Shown piece after piece: positions 16,665-27,352 of a DNA stretch of 47,437 nt. The position numbers were made by a program, and so were the translations under genes. The stretch comes from Gammaproteobacteria bacterium. GTDB lineage: Bacteria > Pseudomonadota > Gammaproteobacteria > JBAYZB01. The stretch is taken from NCBI GenBank assembly GCA_041672765.1, contig JBAYZB010000002.1:1-47437 (forward strand). The letters run 5' to 3'. How positions within the stretch are numbered: the first letter of the stretch is position 1; every line of letters starts with the position of its first letter. The notes beneath the pieces were generated by a model, which made no database searches, had not been told where the DNA came from, and worked only from the letters and a program-made list of their open reading frames with translations.

Positions 16665-17684
16665 TCAGCGGGCCCGGGCCAGCCCTGCCCATGTCGTCAA
16701 AAGATCTTCCAGCAACAATTGCTGATTGAGCTGGCCGTCCACCAGGCGAGACGCCTCCAAGACCCGATCCAGGTGACCGTACAGGGTTTTCAAGTCTAAC
16801 CGTTCTCCAAGCCATTGCAAGCGCTCCCGCAGGTCGCGGTTGGCCACGACGGCGGCCGCCCCGGCAGACTTCAGGCGGATCATGTCGATGACCCAGGTGC
16901 CAACCCAGGACAGGCATTCCCGGGCGCCGTGGGCGGCCCACGCGCCAGCCACCGCCACCGGGTCCGCCTCACCCCGCGCCACCTGCAGGAGGTCATCGAA
17001 CCGGTTCATACGCCCCTGCACCGCACCGGTTTCCAACAGCTCCAGGGCATGCAGGGGAGCTCCGCCGGCCAGGCTCAGTAACAACTGCGGGTCCTGCTCG
17101 CCGGTCTGGGGCGCCAGCCAGGCCAGCGCCATCTCCGGCGGCGGTTCATCAAAGCGTACCTGCTGACAACGGCTGCGGATGGTGGCCGGCAGCAGGCTGG
17201 GCCTTGCGCTTACCAGGATCAGCAGTGTCTGTTCGGAAGGCTCCTCCAGAGTCTTGAGCAGGCTGTTGACCGCCGAAATATTCATGCGCTCGGCTGGAGA
17301 GATGACCGCAATCTGATATCCCGTCCGCTGGCTCTTCAGTGCGACAAACGCACACAACTCCCGGATCTGATCGATGAGGATCGCCTTTCCCGCTTCCGCC
17401 GGCGCTATCGTCAGCATATCGGGGTGGCTGCCCGCCCGGAACAGGCGACAGCCGCGGCAGGTACCGCAGGGCATCCCGTCGGCGGCGGCCTGTTCGCACA
17501 ACAGGCTCTGGGCCAACAGTTGCGCAAAGCGGTTCTTGCCGAGGCCTGCCCGCCCGCGCAACAGCAGGGCATGCGGAAGCGTGCCGCTGCGCCGACGGGC
17601 CAGCAGCAGGTCCCACGGCTTGCGGTGCCAGGGCAACAAGCCGCTCGACTGGCGGCCATCAGCGGTCTGATCCTGCAAAGACAT
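16665..17684 (-). CDS. holB: DNA polymerase III subunit delta'
   Basis: PWH..W motif; the P-loop-like segment is RGRAGLGKNRFA. The zinc module is CGTCRGCRLFRAGSHPD. The gene is adjacent to tmk. Confidence 0.9.
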   Translation of the reverse strand: MSLQDQTADGRQSSGLLPWHRKPWDLLLARRRSGTLPHALLLRGRAGLGKNRFAQLLAQSLLCEQAAADGMPCGTCRGCRLFRAGSHPDMLTIAPAEAGKAILIDQIRELCAFVALKSQRTGYQIAVISPAERMNISAVNSLLKTLEEPSEQTLLILVSARPSLLPATIRSRCQQVRFDEPPPEMALAWLAPQTGEQDPQLLLSLAGGAPLHALELLETGAVQGRMNRFDDLLQVARGEADPVAVAGAWAAHGARECLSWVGTWVIDMIRLKSAGAAAVVANRDLRERLQWLGERLDLKTLYGHLDRVLEASRLVDGQLNQQLLLEDLLTTWAGLARAR

Positions 17685-17713
17685 CTTCCTGCCAACGTGA
17701 AAGGGTTATCTGC

Positions 17714-18391
17714 CTACCGTGCCACGAACCGCTCCAGCACCTCGGCGATGCGATCCTGGACTTCGCTTATCGACTTGGATGCATCGATCACGCGGAAACG
17801 GTCGGCGCACAGCATCGCGCGCTCCAGGTAATTCTGCCGGACACGCTCGAAAAACTCCGTTTTCTCGCGCTCGAAACGATCCGGTTCACTGCGCCTCCCG
17901 GCCCGGCTCAGGCCCAGTTCCACCGGCAGATCCAGCAGTAGCGTGAGATCCGGCTGCAGTTCCCCCTGCACCCAGTTCTCCAGTTGCGCGATGCGCTCCA
18001 CCGCTACCCCTCTTCCGCCGCCCTGATAAGCATAGGTGGCGTCCGTGAAGCGGTCGCACAGGACCCATTTGCCCGAGTCCAATGCCGGGCGGATCACCTT
18101 GACGATGTGCTCCGCCCGCGCGGCGAACATGAGCAGCAGTTCGGTGTCCTCCGCCATCCCGTCATGACGATGCCCGAGCAACAGGGCGCGGATCTCCTCT
18201 CCCAGCGCGGTGCCGCCCGGCTCCCGGGTCACTACCACTTCTTTTCCCTTCTGCTCCAGAAACCGCCGCACGAATTCCAGGTTGGTGGACTTGCCACCGC
18301 CCTCCATACCTTCGATCGTGATGAACTTTCCGCTTACCACAGGCCCCCCAATGTTGTGCCGCGGTTTCCGCGCTTTCTGCACGGATGTCAA
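17714..18391 (-). CDS. tmk: Thymidylate kinase
   Basis: GKFITIEGMEGGGKST P-loop. An alternative GTG start at 18340 would give a typical length of about 208 aa. Confidence 0.9.
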   Translation of the reverse strand: MTSVQKARKPRHNIGGPVVSGKFITIEGMEGGGKSTNLEFVRRFLEQKGKEVVVTREPGGTALGEEIRALLLGHRHDGMAEDTELLLMFAARAEHIVKVIRPALDSGKWVLCDRFTDATYAYQGGGRGVAVERIAQLENWVQGELQPDLTLLLDLPVELGLSRAGRRSEPDRFEREKTEFFERVRQNYLERAMLCADRFRVIDASKSISEVQDRIAEVLERFVAR

Positions 18392-18415
18392 ACCGGTGTT
18401 TTCCCGACCTCCGGT

Positions 18416-19570
18416 TCAGCGCTGCCGCGCCCGTTGCCCGGTGTCCGCCCTGCTAGTGTCAGATCCGGTCTGGCGCGCAGGCTGCGTGTTCCGCCCTGCT
18501 TTTTTTCGGAGCTGATATATTGATACCGCTTCGAGATGTTCCTTCAAAGTATTTGAAAAATAATGCGTCCCATCCCCGCGCGAGACGAAGTATAGCGCCG
18601 TTCCGTCCGCCGGATGCAGCGCGGCGCGCAAAGAAGCGAGTCCCGGCATGGCAATGGGCGTCGGCGGGAGCCCGGAGCGAACGTAGGTATTGTAGGGCGT
18701 ATCCCGGACGAGGTCCCGCCGCCGCAGATTGCCATCGAACGACGCTCCCAGCCCGTAAATGACTGTGGGATCGGTCTGCAGACGCATGCCCAGGCGGAGC
18801 CGGCGGATGAACACACCGGCGATCTCGGCGCGCTCTTCCGCTACTCCGGTCTCCTTCTCCACGATGGAAGCCAGGATCAAGGCTTCGTAGGGAGAGGCGA
18901 GCGGAAGCCCCTCCGATCGCTGCGCCCACTCCGCCTCCAGATGCCGCTGCATCCTCTCGTAGGCCCGCTGCAGGAAGCTGATATCCGTCGTGCCCCGCGG
19001 GAAATGATAGGTATCCGGAAAGAAGCGTCCTTCAGGATGTTCGCCGGGATACCCGATGCGGGCCATGATCTCGTCGTCGGACAAACCGAGCAATCGGTGC
19101 TCCAGCGCCTCGTGACGGTGGAGCGCATCCAGCACTTGGCGGAATGTCCACCCCTCCACCAGGGTAAGGGCGTGTTGCACCACCTTACCGGACGTGAACC
19201 TGTCCAGCATCTGGGGCACCGTCATGCCGCGCACCAATTCATATTCGCCGGCCTGGATATGGCCTTTGCCGCTCCAGCGCGCGTACAGCAGGAAGTACAG
19301 CGGCGGTGCCACAATCCCCCGCTGCGCCAGATCCTGCGCGATCCATCGCAACGAGGCGCCTCGCGGGATGGTGTAGTGCAGCGTTTCTTCCGGAAGAACA
19401 AGGGGTTTCTCAACAAAGCTGCGGTACTCCATCATCACCCAGCCGCCGAGCAGGCTGCCGGCGAGAATGAGCAGGCCGAGCAACCGGGAGGCGAATCGCT
19501 GGTACCGTTCCCGGCGCATGCGATTCCGGGCCGCTCCCGACTCAGAAGATTTGTTCGGCTGTAGTGTCAT
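18416..19570 (-). CDS. mltG: Endolytic murein transglycosylase MltG (YceG family)
   Basis: An N-terminal TM anchor is followed by a YceG-like domain. The position between pabC and tmk is conserved. Confidence 0.88.
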   Translation of the reverse strand: MTLQPNKSSESGAARNRMRRERYQRFASRLLGLLILAGSLLGGWVMMEYRSFVEKPLVLPEETLHYTIPRGASLRWIAQDLAQRGIVAPPLYFLLYARWSGKGHIQAGEYELVRGMTVPQMLDRFTSGKVVQHALTLVEGWTFRQVLDALHRHEALEHRLLGLSDDEIMARIGYPGEHPEGRFFPDTYHFPRGTTDISFLQRAYERMQRHLEAEWAQRSEGLPLASPYEALILASIVEKETGVAEERAEIAGVFIRRLRLGMRLQTDPTVIYGLGASFDGNLRRRDLVRDTPYNTYVRSGLPPTPIAMPGLASLRAALHPADGTALYFVSRGDGTHYFSNTLKEHLEAVSIYQLRKKAGRNTQPARQTGSDTSRADTGQRARQR

Positions 19571-19576
19571 GCTGCG

Positions 19577-20428
19577 TCAATCCCGGGTTTCCGACACCGC
19601 CTCAGCCAACCGGCGGGTAATCGGCCCGACGGGATAATCGCCGCAATTCTCCACTCCCGTCACCGGCCATACGCCAATCAGGCTGTTCGTGAGAAAAACT
19701 TCATCCGCCCGTTCAAGATCCCGGCGGGCAAGTTCCCCGATCCTGCAGGGAATCGACAACCTCTCGCACGATTCCAGGATCATACCCCGCATGATGCCGG
19801 CGACCCCGCAGCAGGAAAGATCCGGGGTAAGCACCCTGCCGTCCTGCACCACGAAAACATTGCTCATGGTCCCCTCGATGATCCTGCCGGAACCATCCAG
19901 CATCAAGCCTTCTGCAATGTGGGGATCATCCCACTCTCCGCGCGCCAGGACCTGCTCGAGCCGGTTCAGGTGCTTGAGCCCCGCCAGCGCCGGGTTGAGT
20001 CCAAGGCGCGTGCTGCAAATGCGCACACGCACCCCCCGGGTCGCGCAGTCTTCAGGATACTCCGGCCACGGGTGCAGCGCGACGATGCGGGTCGGCAAGC
20101 ACGCCTGCGGCGGCCGATAGCCGCGGCCGCCGCTACCCCGGGTCACCAGAATCTTGAGCACGCCCCGCTCCACCCCCGCGCAGACGCGGGTGGCCTCCGC
20201 CTCCAACACGGACATCTCCGGCCTGGGGATCTGCAACCGGCTGCAGCCCTCCTGGAGCCGCCGCATGTGACGCGTCCACAACAGCGGCTCGCCTGCGCGC
20301 ACGGCGATGGTCTCGAAAAGCCCATCCCCATACTGCAGACCCCGATCTGTCACGGGGAGAGACTCAGCCTCCATACCGTTGATGAAGATCATGTCAGCCA
20401 ATCCGGGAAAAGAAACCGCTTGGTTCAT
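19577..20428 (-). CDS. pabC: Aminodeoxychorismate lyase (class IV aminotransferase fold)
   Basis: 283-aa class-IV PLP fold protein located downstream of fabF, as in E. coli and Pseudomonas. Confidence 0.8.
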   Translation of the reverse strand: MNQAVSFPGLADMIFINGMEAESLPVTDRGLQYGDGLFETIAVRAGEPLLWTRHMRRLQEGCSRLQIPRPEMSVLEAEATRVCAGVERGVLKILVTRGSGGRGYRPPQACLPTRIVALHPWPEYPEDCATRGVRVRICSTRLGLNPALAGLKHLNRLEQVLARGEWDDPHIAEGLMLDGSGRIIEGTMSNVFVVQDGRVLTPDLSCCGVAGIMRGMILESCERLSIPCRIGELARRDLERADEVFLTNSLIGVWPVTGVENCGDYPVGPITRRLAEAVSETRD

Positions 20429-20560
20429 AGGGTGGGTGCGACATGTACCACAGCAACGGCACCGCAGCAGTCACGCTGTCGCTCCCGAAAATATAGAGCA
20501 GGCAAGCCGTCGCACAGGCCTGCGGGCGAACGTGCCTTCTGCGGCACGCGCGGAAGAGAC

Positions 20561-20605
20561 GGGCTTGGCATGCGGGTGCCCATTAGACACCGCTCCGCCA
20601 AGCCC
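20561..20605 (-). terminator. Possible stem-loop downstream of fabF
   Basis: On the minus strand, GGGCTTGGC pairs with GCCAAGCCC (9-bp stem, 27-nt loop), starting 9 nt after the fabF stop and followed by a weak U-rich stretch (GTCTCTTCC). The long loop makes this weak. Confidence 0.25.
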
Positions 20606-20613
20606 CATGCTGT

Positions 20614-21855
20614 TCAGATCTTGCGGAAAACGAGCGTGGCGTTGGTGCCGCCGAACCCGAACGAATTCGACAGCGCCACGTCGATCTTCATCTCACGTGC
20701 CGAGTTCGGAACATAGTCGAGATCGCATTCCGGATCGGGCGTGAAGTAATTGATGGTGGGCGGCGCGACCTGATCGCGGATCGCGAGCACGCTGAAGATC
20801 GCTTCCACGCCACCCGCGGCACCGAGCAGGTGGCCGGTCATGGATTTGGTGGAACTCATCGCGAGCTTGTACGCGTAGTCGCCGAACGCGGCCTTCACCG
20901 CCAGCGTTTCGCCCTTGTCGCCGGCCGGCGTGGAGGTTCCGTGCGCGTTGATGTAGTGGACATCCTCGGGATTGATCTGGGCGTCGCGCAGGGCGTTGCG
21001 CATGCAGCGGGCCGCCCCCTCACCGCCCTCAGACGGCAAGGTCATGTGGTAGGCGTCGCCGCTCATGCCAAAACCGATGACTTCCGCATAGATCTTCGCA
21101 CCGCGCTTTTTCGCGTGTTCATATTCCTCCAGCACCACGACACCGGCACCGTCGCTCAGCACGAAACCGTCGCGATCCTTGTCCCAGGGACGGCTGGCAC
21201 GTTCCGGATCGTCGTTGCGGGTCGACAGCGCCCGCGCCGCGGCGAACCCTCCGAGTCCGGTCGGTGAGGTGGCCATTTCGGCGCCGCCGGCGATCATGAC
21301 ATCCGCATCACCATAGGCAATGATGCGGACGGCATCGCCGATGTTGTGGGTAGCCGTCGCGCAGGCCGTTACCAGTGCGATGTTCGGGCCCTTCATGCCG
21401 TACATGATGGAGAGGTTGCCGGAAATCATGTTGATGATGCTGCTCGGCACGAAGAATGGTGAGACCTTGCGCGGGCCGCCATCCAGATAAGCCTTGTGGC
21501 CCTTTTCGATACCCGAGATACCGCCGATGCCGGAACCGATCGCCACGCCGATCCGCTCGGCGTTTTCCTCGGTCACCTCCAGCCCGGCATCGGTGATGGC
21601 CTGCACCGCCGCGGCAATGCCGTAGTGGATGAAGGGATCCATCTTCTTGGCTTCTTTCGGCGTGATGTATTGATGGGCGTCGAAGTTCTTGATGGTACCG
21701 CCGAAGCGCACGGAGAAGTCCGAGACATCCATATGGGTGATGGGCCCAATGCCGCTCTTGCCTGCGAGAATATTCTCCCAAGCCTCCGCCACGCTCAGGC
21801 CTACTGGCGAAATGATGCCCAGACCAGTGATTACGACACGCCGCTTAGCCAACAA
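20614..21855 (-). CDS. fabF: 3-oxoacyl-ACP synthase II
   Basis: The active-site Cys context is [12 protein letters not shown], with HGTSTPAGD and GHLLGAAG motifs. The TTG start at 21855 has an AGAGGA RBS 7 nt upstream. Confidence 0.95.
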   Translation of the reverse strand: MLAKRRVVITGLGIISPVGLSVAEAWENILAGKSGIGPITHMDVSDFSVRFGGTIKNFDAHQYITPKEAKKMDPFIHYGIAAAVQAITDAGLEVTEENAERIGVAIGSGIGGISGIEKGHKAYLDGGPRKVSPFFVPSSIINMISGNLSIMYGMKGPNIALVTACATATHNIGDAVRIIAYGDADVMIAGGAEMATSPTGLGGFAAARALSTRNDDPERASRPWDKDRDGFVLSDGAGVVVLEEYEHAKKRGAKIYAEVIGFGMSGDAYHMTLPSEGGEGAARCMRNALRDAQINPEDVHYINAHGTSTPAGDKGETLAVKAAFGDYAYKLAMSSTKSMTGHLLGAAGGVEAIFSVLAIRDQVAPPTINYFTPDPECDLDYVPNSAREMKIDVALSNSFGFGGTNATLVFRKI

Positions 21856-21915
21856 GATAGAATCCTCTTACGTACTGCCGTGCCCATCCCATTGAAAACG
21901 GGAATAGGAAAAGCA

Positions 21916-21951
21916 AAGGCCGCAATCACTCCCGATGGTCGTGGCGGCCTT
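21916..21951 (-). terminator. Candidate attenuator/terminator hairpin between acpP and fabF
   Basis: On the minus strand, AAGGCCGC pairs with GCGGCCTT (8-bp stem, 20-nt loop), followed by TGCTTTTCC. Confidence 0.4.
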
Positions 21952-21970
21952 GGATGCTATGAAAAGCGAA

Positions 21971-22207
21971 TCAGCCCATGTGGGCGTTGATGTAGTCGAT
22001 CGCCTGCTGTACGGTGGTGATCTTTTCCGCTTCCTCGTCCGGAATTTCGCACTCGAACTCTTCTTCCAGTGCCATCACCAGTTCCACCGTATCGAGCGAG
22101 TCGGCGCCAAGATCGTCGACGAAAGAGGCCTCGTTCGTAACTTCTTCCTCTTTGACACCCAGCTGTTCCACAACGATTTTCTTGACGCGTTCAGCGACGT
22201 TACTCAT
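21971..22207 (-). CDS. acpP: Acyl carrier protein
   Basis: The sequence begins [23 protein letters not shown] and contains [21 protein letters not shown], the phosphopantetheine Ser motif. The start is the internal Met of ORF 21971..22225. Confidence 0.97.
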   Translation of the reverse strand: MSNVAERVKKIVVEQLGVKEEEVTNEASFVDDLGADSLDTVELVMALEEEFECEIPDEEAEKITTVQQAIDYINAHMG

Positions 22208-22431
22208 GATGGTTGTATCCTCCAACGTCAGTTAACCCTTAAACATGGGCGTGCGCGGTATTGTATTGAAAACCTCCCCCGCACGCTACCATTTGGACTT
22301 GGCGCGGCTCAAAAATTCCATGACTTGCCACGCCGAGTTTGTTTTGATTTGTCAAGCTCTTACGAGCATCACTTCAAGTTCTCGACAAATCTCCCGACAT
22401 CCCCCGCACCAGCGCGGCGCGCGGGCAGCGA

Positions 22432-23175
22432 TCAGCTCATGTACATCCCGCCGTTGACGTGCAGCGTTTCACCAGTGATGTATCCCGCCTCCGGCGAGGC
22501 CAGAAACGCCACGGCATGCGCGATATCTTCGGTGGAACCCAGGCGGTTCAGGGGGATGTGTTGCAGCAATGCGGCGCGCTGCGCCTCCGGAAGCGCCCGG
22601 GTCATGTCCGTGTCGATAAAACCGGGCGCGACGGTATTGACGGTGATGCCGCGAGAACCGATCTCTTTTGCGAGGGATTTGCTGAAACCGATGATCCCCG
22701 CCTTGGCCGCCGCGTAATTGGTCTGCCCGGCATTCCCCGTTACGCCAACAACGGACGCAATATTGATGATCCGCCCTTTGCGGGCCTTCATCATGCCACG
22801 CAGACACGCTTTCGATAACCGGTAGACCGAGGTGAGATTGGTATCGAGGATAGCATCCCACTCCTCGTCCTTCATGCGCATGAGAAGGTTGTCCCGGGTG
22901 ATGCCCGCGTTATTGACCAGTATGGTCGGCGCGCCATGGGCCTTTTCCACCGCCGCAAGCACGGTTTCAATGGAACTTGGATCGGTGACGTTCAGCACCA
23001 TACCTTCGCCGCGGATACCGTTCTCCTGCAGCGCCTGGCTGATCTGCTGCGCCCCGCCTTCGGTGGTCGCCGTACCGATCACGACGGCTCCACGGCGGCC
23101 CAGTTCCAACGCGATCGCGCGGCCGATTCCGCGACTCGCCCCCGTTACCAAGGCTATTTCCTGGCTCAGCGACAT
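22432..23175 (-). CDS. fabG: 3-oxoacyl-ACP reductase
   Basis: SDR motifs TGASRGIG and YAAAKAG, in the fab cluster context. Confidence 0.95.
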   Translation of the reverse strand: MSLSQEIALVTGASRGIGRAIALELGRRGAVVIGTATTEGGAQQISQALQENGIRGEGMVLNVTDPSSIETVLAAVEKAHGAPTILVNNAGITRDNLLMRMKDEEWDAILDTNLTSVYRLSKACLRGMMKARKGRIINIASVVGVTGNAGQTNYAAAKAGIIGFSKSLAKEIGSRGITVNTVAPGFIDTDMTRALPEAQRAALLQHIPLNRLGSTEDIAHAVAFLASPEAGYITGETLHVNGGMYMS

Positions 23176-23176
23176 A

Positions 23177-24115
23177 TCAACTCTCCCGGTAGTTCGCCAA
23201 TGCTTCGGACAGGGTGCCGCTGTCGTAAATCGCCAGCGCGGCCATGTCCTTGCTAATACGCTTGTTGAGTCCGACCAGCACCTTGCCCGGACCGCATTCC
23301 ACCAGTCCGCTCACTCCGCGGGCCGCCATCGCCTGAATGGTCTCCACCCAGCGCACGGGGCTGTGCAACTGGCTCGCGAGCGCCGTGCGGATGGCCCCCG
23401 CGTCATCGTGGGCCGCGACGTCCACATTGTGGAGCACGGGGACAAGCGGCTTGCGTATCTCGATCTGCTGCAATCGCTCCAACAAACGTTCTGCAGCAGG
23501 CTTCATCAACTCACAATGGGATGGCACGCTCACCGGCAGGCGCACGGCTCGCTTGGCGCCCTCCTGTTTCGCCAACTCGACGGCACGTTCCACGGCATTC
23601 ACGTGCCCCGCAACCACTACCTGGCCCGGGGAATTGAAATTGACTGCGGCCACCACCTCGCCCTGGGCCGCGGCGGCGCACACCGCCCGGACCCGCTCGT
23701 CGTCGAGCCCAAGGATTGCGGCCATAGCCCCCGCGCCCTCCGGCACGGCTTCCTGCATCAACCGTCCGCGCTCCGCCACCAGCGCCACCGCATCCTCGAA
23801 ACGAAGGGCCTCCGCGCACACCAAAGCCGTGTACTCGCCGAGACTGTGGCCAGCCATTACCGCCGGCAGTGCACCACCATTGGCACGCCACACGCGCCAG
23901 ACCGCAACTCCCGCCGCCAACATCGCCGGCTGCGTATTGCTGGTGCGGTTGAGCGACTCCTCAGGCCCGTTTTGCACCAGCTCCCAAAGATCGAAACCGA
24001 GCACCTCACCAGCGATACGGAACGTCTCCTTTACCTGGGGATGGGCGGCGGCCAGTTCCGCCAGCATGCCAATCGATTGGGAACCCTGACCGGGAAAAAC
24101 AAATGCAAATGCCAT
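23177..24115 (-). CDS. fabD: Malonyl-CoA:ACP transacylase
   Basis: FVFPGQGSQ motif and the GHSLGEY nucleophile elbow. The start is the Met at 24115 (MAFAFVFPGQGSQ). Confidence 0.95.
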   Translation of the reverse strand: MAFAFVFPGQGSQSIGMLAELAAAHPQVKETFRIAGEVLGFDLWELVQNGPEESLNRTSNTQPAMLAAGVAVWRVWRANGGALPAVMAGHSLGEYTALVCAEALRFEDAVALVAERGRLMQEAVPEGAGAMAAILGLDDERVRAVCAAAAQGEVVAAVNFNSPGQVVVAGHVNAVERAVELAKQEGAKRAVRLPVSVPSHCELMKPAAERLLERLQQIEIRKPLVPVLHNVDVAAHDDAGAIRTALASQLHSPVRWVETIQAMAARGVSGLVECGPGKVLVGLNKRISKDMAALAIYDSGTLSEALANYRES

Positions 24116-24232
24116 CCACGACCTCAATCAGACAAACTGTGCCGACCGATGCAGTACGCGCCATCGGGCCGGCATGAAGATCATATAGTGCATTAACTTG
24201 TATTTATAAGCAGTTGTACGATCGTGTTTACT

Positions 24233-25201
24233 CTAAAATTCGAGCAATGCCGAACCCCACGTAAAACCGCCTCCAAAGGCTTCCAGCAGCAGTTTCTCGC
24301 CGCGGCGTATGCGGCCATCCCGTACGGCGGTATCCAACGCCAGCGGCACGGATGCCGCCGAAGTGTTGCCGTGTTCTTCGACGGTCACCACAACCCGCTC
24401 CATCGGCATCTCGAGCTTCTTCGCCGTGGCGGCAATGATACGGATGTTGGCTTGGTGAGGGATGAGCCAGTCGATATCGGATTTCTTGAGCTGGTTCGCG
24501 CGCAGGGTTTCCGTCACGATCTTGCCCAGGGTGTTCACCGCAACCTTGAACACCTCGTTCCCCTGCATGGTGATGAAGGCCTTGCCGTTGCGTACCGCGT
24601 CGTAGCCTTGGGAAATTCCGGCCGGGACGGTCAAGAGACTCTCATAGCGGCCGTCGGCGTGCAGGTGTGTGGAGATGATCCCGGGCGTATCAGAGGCCTT
24701 CAACACCACGGCCCCGGCGCCGTCGCCGAACAACACGCAGGTACCGCGGTCGGTCCAGTCGACGATGCGCGACAGCGTTTCGGCCCCCACCACAAGCGCA
24801 CACCGGGCACTGCCCGTGCGGATGAATTTGTCGGCCACCGCCAAGGCATAAACGAAACCGGTGCAGACCGCCTGGATGTCGAAGGCGGCGCAACCATGAA
24901 TGCCCAGCCGCTGCTGCAACAAACAGGCCGTGCTGGGAAATACCCGATCCGGCGTGGTGGTGGCCAGGACGATGAGATCGATTTCGCCCGCCTCCACTTC
25001 CGCGGCCTCGATCGCTCGCCGTGCGGCTTTCTCGGCGAGATCGCAGGTCGTCTCGCCGGGGGCGGCGATGTGCCGCTTACGGATGCCAGTACGCTCCCGG
25101 ATCCACTGGTCGGTGGTGTCGACCATTTTTTCCAGGTCGGAATTGGTGAGCACTTTTTCCGGAAGGTAACCGCCCGTGCCCGCGATGCGACTGTACTTCA
25201 C
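24233..25201 (-). CDS. fabH: 3-oxoacyl-ACP synthase III
   Basis: The active-site Cys context is [15 protein letters not shown]. The GTG start overlaps the plsX stop (GTGA). Confidence 0.95.
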   Translation of the reverse strand: MKYSRIAGTGGYLPEKVLTNSDLEKMVDTTDQWIRERTGIRKRHIAAPGETTCDLAEKAARRAIEAAEVEAGEIDLIVLATTTPDRVFPSTACLLQQRLGIHGCAAFDIQAVCTGFVYALAVADKFIRTGSARCALVVGAETLSRIVDWTDRGTCVLFGDGAGAVVLKASDTPGIISTHLHADGRYESLLTVPAGISQGYDAVRNGKAFITMQGNEVFKVAVNTLGKIVTETLRANQLKKSDIDWLIPHQANIRIIAATAKKLEMPMERVVVTVEEHGNTSAASVPLALDTAVRDGRIRRGEKLLLEAFGGGFTWGSALLEF

Positions 25202-26226
25202 CCAGTCTTCCTTTCTGCCAGTAGGGATTCGAGCTGTTTGCTGATGCGTTGCGGCACCGCCTTGTTTACCTCAAGCAGGGCTATTCTAATCGCATTCGCG
25301 AAGGCGAAGGCATCTGCGTTGCCGTGGCTCTTGATCACGATACCCTGCAATCCAAGGAGGCTTGCGCCGTTATAGCGGCGATGATCGATCTTTCTGCCGA
25401 ACGCCTTCAAGATCGGTAACGCCACCAAACCTGCCAGGCGCGCAAAAGGCCCGCGGGCAAACTCCTCTTTCATATAGTGGCTGAGCATTTTCGCGAGTCC
25501 TTCGCTGGTCTTCAACGCCACATTGCCAACGAACCCGTCGCAGACAATCACGTCCACGGTGCCCTTGTAGATATCGTCGCCTTCGACAAAACCGATATAA
25601 TTCAGGTTGCTGGCAGTGAGCAGACGCGCCGCTTCCTTGACTTGGTCGTTGCCCTTGATCTCTTCCTGTCCGATGTTGAGCAACCCTACGCGCGGCCGCT
25701 CAATGTTGTCCACCGCCGTCGCGAGCACCGAGCCCATCACGGCGAACTGGAACAGGTGATCCGCCTTGCAGTCCACGTTGGCGCCCAAATCCAGCATATG
25801 CGTATGGCCGGCGATGGCGGGAAGCGCCGTGATGATCGCGGGCCGATCGATGCCGGCCAGGGTCTTCAGCACATAGCGGGCTGTCGCCATCAACGCACCG
25901 GTATTCCCGGCGCTTACGCAAGCATCCGCCGCGCCTTCCTTTACCAGGTTGATGGCGACACGCATGGAAGAGTCCTTCTTGAGGCGCAAGGCCTGGGAAG
26001 GCAACTCGTCCATCTCGACACACTGCGAGGCGTGATGGATGACCAGCCGGTCCCGGACAGCGGGCTTTACACCGGCCAAGTGCGGGGCGAGCCTATCCCT
26101 ATTCCCGACCAGAATGAGCACAAGGTCGCTCTCCTGCTCCAACACGCTCATGGCGGCGGGAACGATCACCTGCGGACCGAAATCACCGCCCATGGCGTCC
26201 AGCGCAATGGTCAGCGGACGGCTCAT
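25198..26226 (-). CDS. plsX: Phosphate acyltransferase PlsX
   Basis: 342 aa, beginning [14 protein letters not shown], in the rpmF-plsX-fabH context. Confidence 0.95.
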   Translation of the reverse strand: MSRPLTIALDAMGGDFGPQVIVPAAMSVLEQESDLVLILVGNRDRLAPHLAGVKPAVRDRLVIHHASQCVEMDELPSQALRLKKDSSMRVAINLVKEGAADACVSAGNTGALMATARYVLKTLAGIDRPAIITALPAIAGHTHMLDLGANVDCKADHLFQFAVMGSVLATAVDNIERPRVGLLNIGQEEIKGNDQVKEAARLLTASNLNYIGFVEGDDIYKGTVDVIVCDGFVGNVALKTSEGLAKMLSHYMKEEFARGPFARLAGLVALPILKAFGRKIDHRRYNGASLLGLQGIVIKSHGNADAFAFANAIRIALLEVNKAVPQRISKQLESLLAERKTG

Positions 26227-26395
26227 ACTCCCTCAGCAAGCCTCATCGTGCGCGCACAGGCAGTCGGCCTGCCCGAGAACAGAGCATTCCGCCCCGCCAT
26301 ACCCCGGACCCAACCGAGAAACGCCAAATCTGTACTAATACTCTTAATGCTACTTCGACTCAGGCCACGCCGCCGTAGCGCCAGCGGCGCCCGGC

Positions 26396-26575
26396 TCACT
26401 CGGACTTGCCCGAGCCCACCTTCTTGCCGCGATAAAAGCCGTCGGGGCTTACATGGTGCCGCAGATGCACTTCACCGCTCGAAGGCTCGATGGAAAGGGC
26501 GGGCGCCTTCAGCGCATCATGAGAACGGCGCATGCCGCGACGCGACGGGGTCTTACGGCTTTTCTGTACAGCCAT
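26396..26575 (-). CDS. rpmF: 50S ribosomal protein L32
   Basis: The gene is absent from the ORF track because it is only 59 aa. My own minus-strand translation gives [59 protein letters not shown], ending in TGA at 26396-26398. Confidence 0.92.
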   Translation of the reverse strand: MAVQKSRKTPSRRGMRRSHDALKAPALSIEPSSGEVHLRHHVSPDGFYRGKKVGSGKSE

Positions 26576-26595
26576 CTTTCGTCACTCCAACAAGG

Positions 26596-27123
26596 TTATT
26601 CTTTCTTCAACTTGCTAAGGACCGCGAACGGATTTTCCTTCGCAGCCGACACATCGTCGTCTCCCTGCCCTGCCGCCGCCGAACCGGGAACTGGCGTCAT
26701 GCAGGATTCTGTATCCGCATGGCGCGCAATTATAGGCAAGGCCAGGATCAATTCGTCCTCGACCACATCCGCCAGAGAGATGAGAGCCGACTCCACCAAC
26801 AGGGGCTCGTAGCGGGACGGCAAACGATCACCCTCCGCCTCGCTCCGCACCATACCAAGCAAAAATTCGAAATCCACCGACAGCGTCATGGACCCGAGGC
26901 AGCGCTGGCAGGTAATGTCCAGCTCCCCCACGATACGGCCCTGCATAAACGACACCCGCTCCGCATCGATTCCGAACCCGAGTTCGACTTCGACGGCACC
27001 GACACACGAACGCAGCAACGGCACGAGCCGCCGCAGCCCCGTTATCGCCACCGAGCCCCGCAATTGACGCCCCTGTTCTGCAAGGCGAAAGGGATCAACG
27101 CGTTGGGTCAGCCTCTCCGACAT
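26596..27123 (-). CDS. yceD: YceD family (DUF177) protein
   Basis: 175-aa acidic protein with a CQRC motif, immediately upstream of rpmF as in E. coli. Confidence 0.88.
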   Translation of the reverse strand: MSERLTQRVDPFRLAEQGRQLRGSVAITGLRRLVPLLRSCVGAVEVELGFGIDAERVSFMQGRIVGELDITCQRCLGSMTLSVDFEFLLGMVRSEAEGDRLPSRYEPLLVESALISLADVVEDELILALPIIARHADTESCMTPVPGSAAAGQGDDDVSAAKENPFAVLSKLKKE

Positions 27124-27216
27124 AAGCGGGCCATCATATCTTTCGGGCAGTCTGTTGTCAAAACAACAGATCTAGCAAAATCCAGGCCCTTCGGGCCACG
27201 CGCTTAACCCTTATCC

Positions 27217-27245
27217 TTGACAAGAATGCACTTATCCCTTAGAAC
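27217..27245 (+). promoter_or_regulatory. Candidate sigma70 promoter for pycA-pycB-maf
   Basis: TTGACA (27217-27222), a 17-bp spacer, then TAGAAC (27240-27245). The element is flanked by the CTTATCC direct repeat. Confidence 0.35.
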
Positions 27246-27258
27246 CGCGCTCTGCGTC

Positions 27259-27277
27259 GGCCAAATCTCATTTGGCC
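27259..27277 (+). promoter_or_regulatory. Perfect 8-bp inverted repeat GGCCAAAT-CTC-ATTTGGCC in the pycA leader
   Basis: Read directly from the sequence. It lies just downstream of the candidate -10 and about 75 nt upstream of the pycA start. Confidence 0.4.
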
Positions 27278-27352
27278 ACCTTCCCGCCTGAGGGATATCA
27301 TACGCTGCTTGTGATCAAAAACCGGGTTGCCGAATACAAGACGGAGCCGCTG

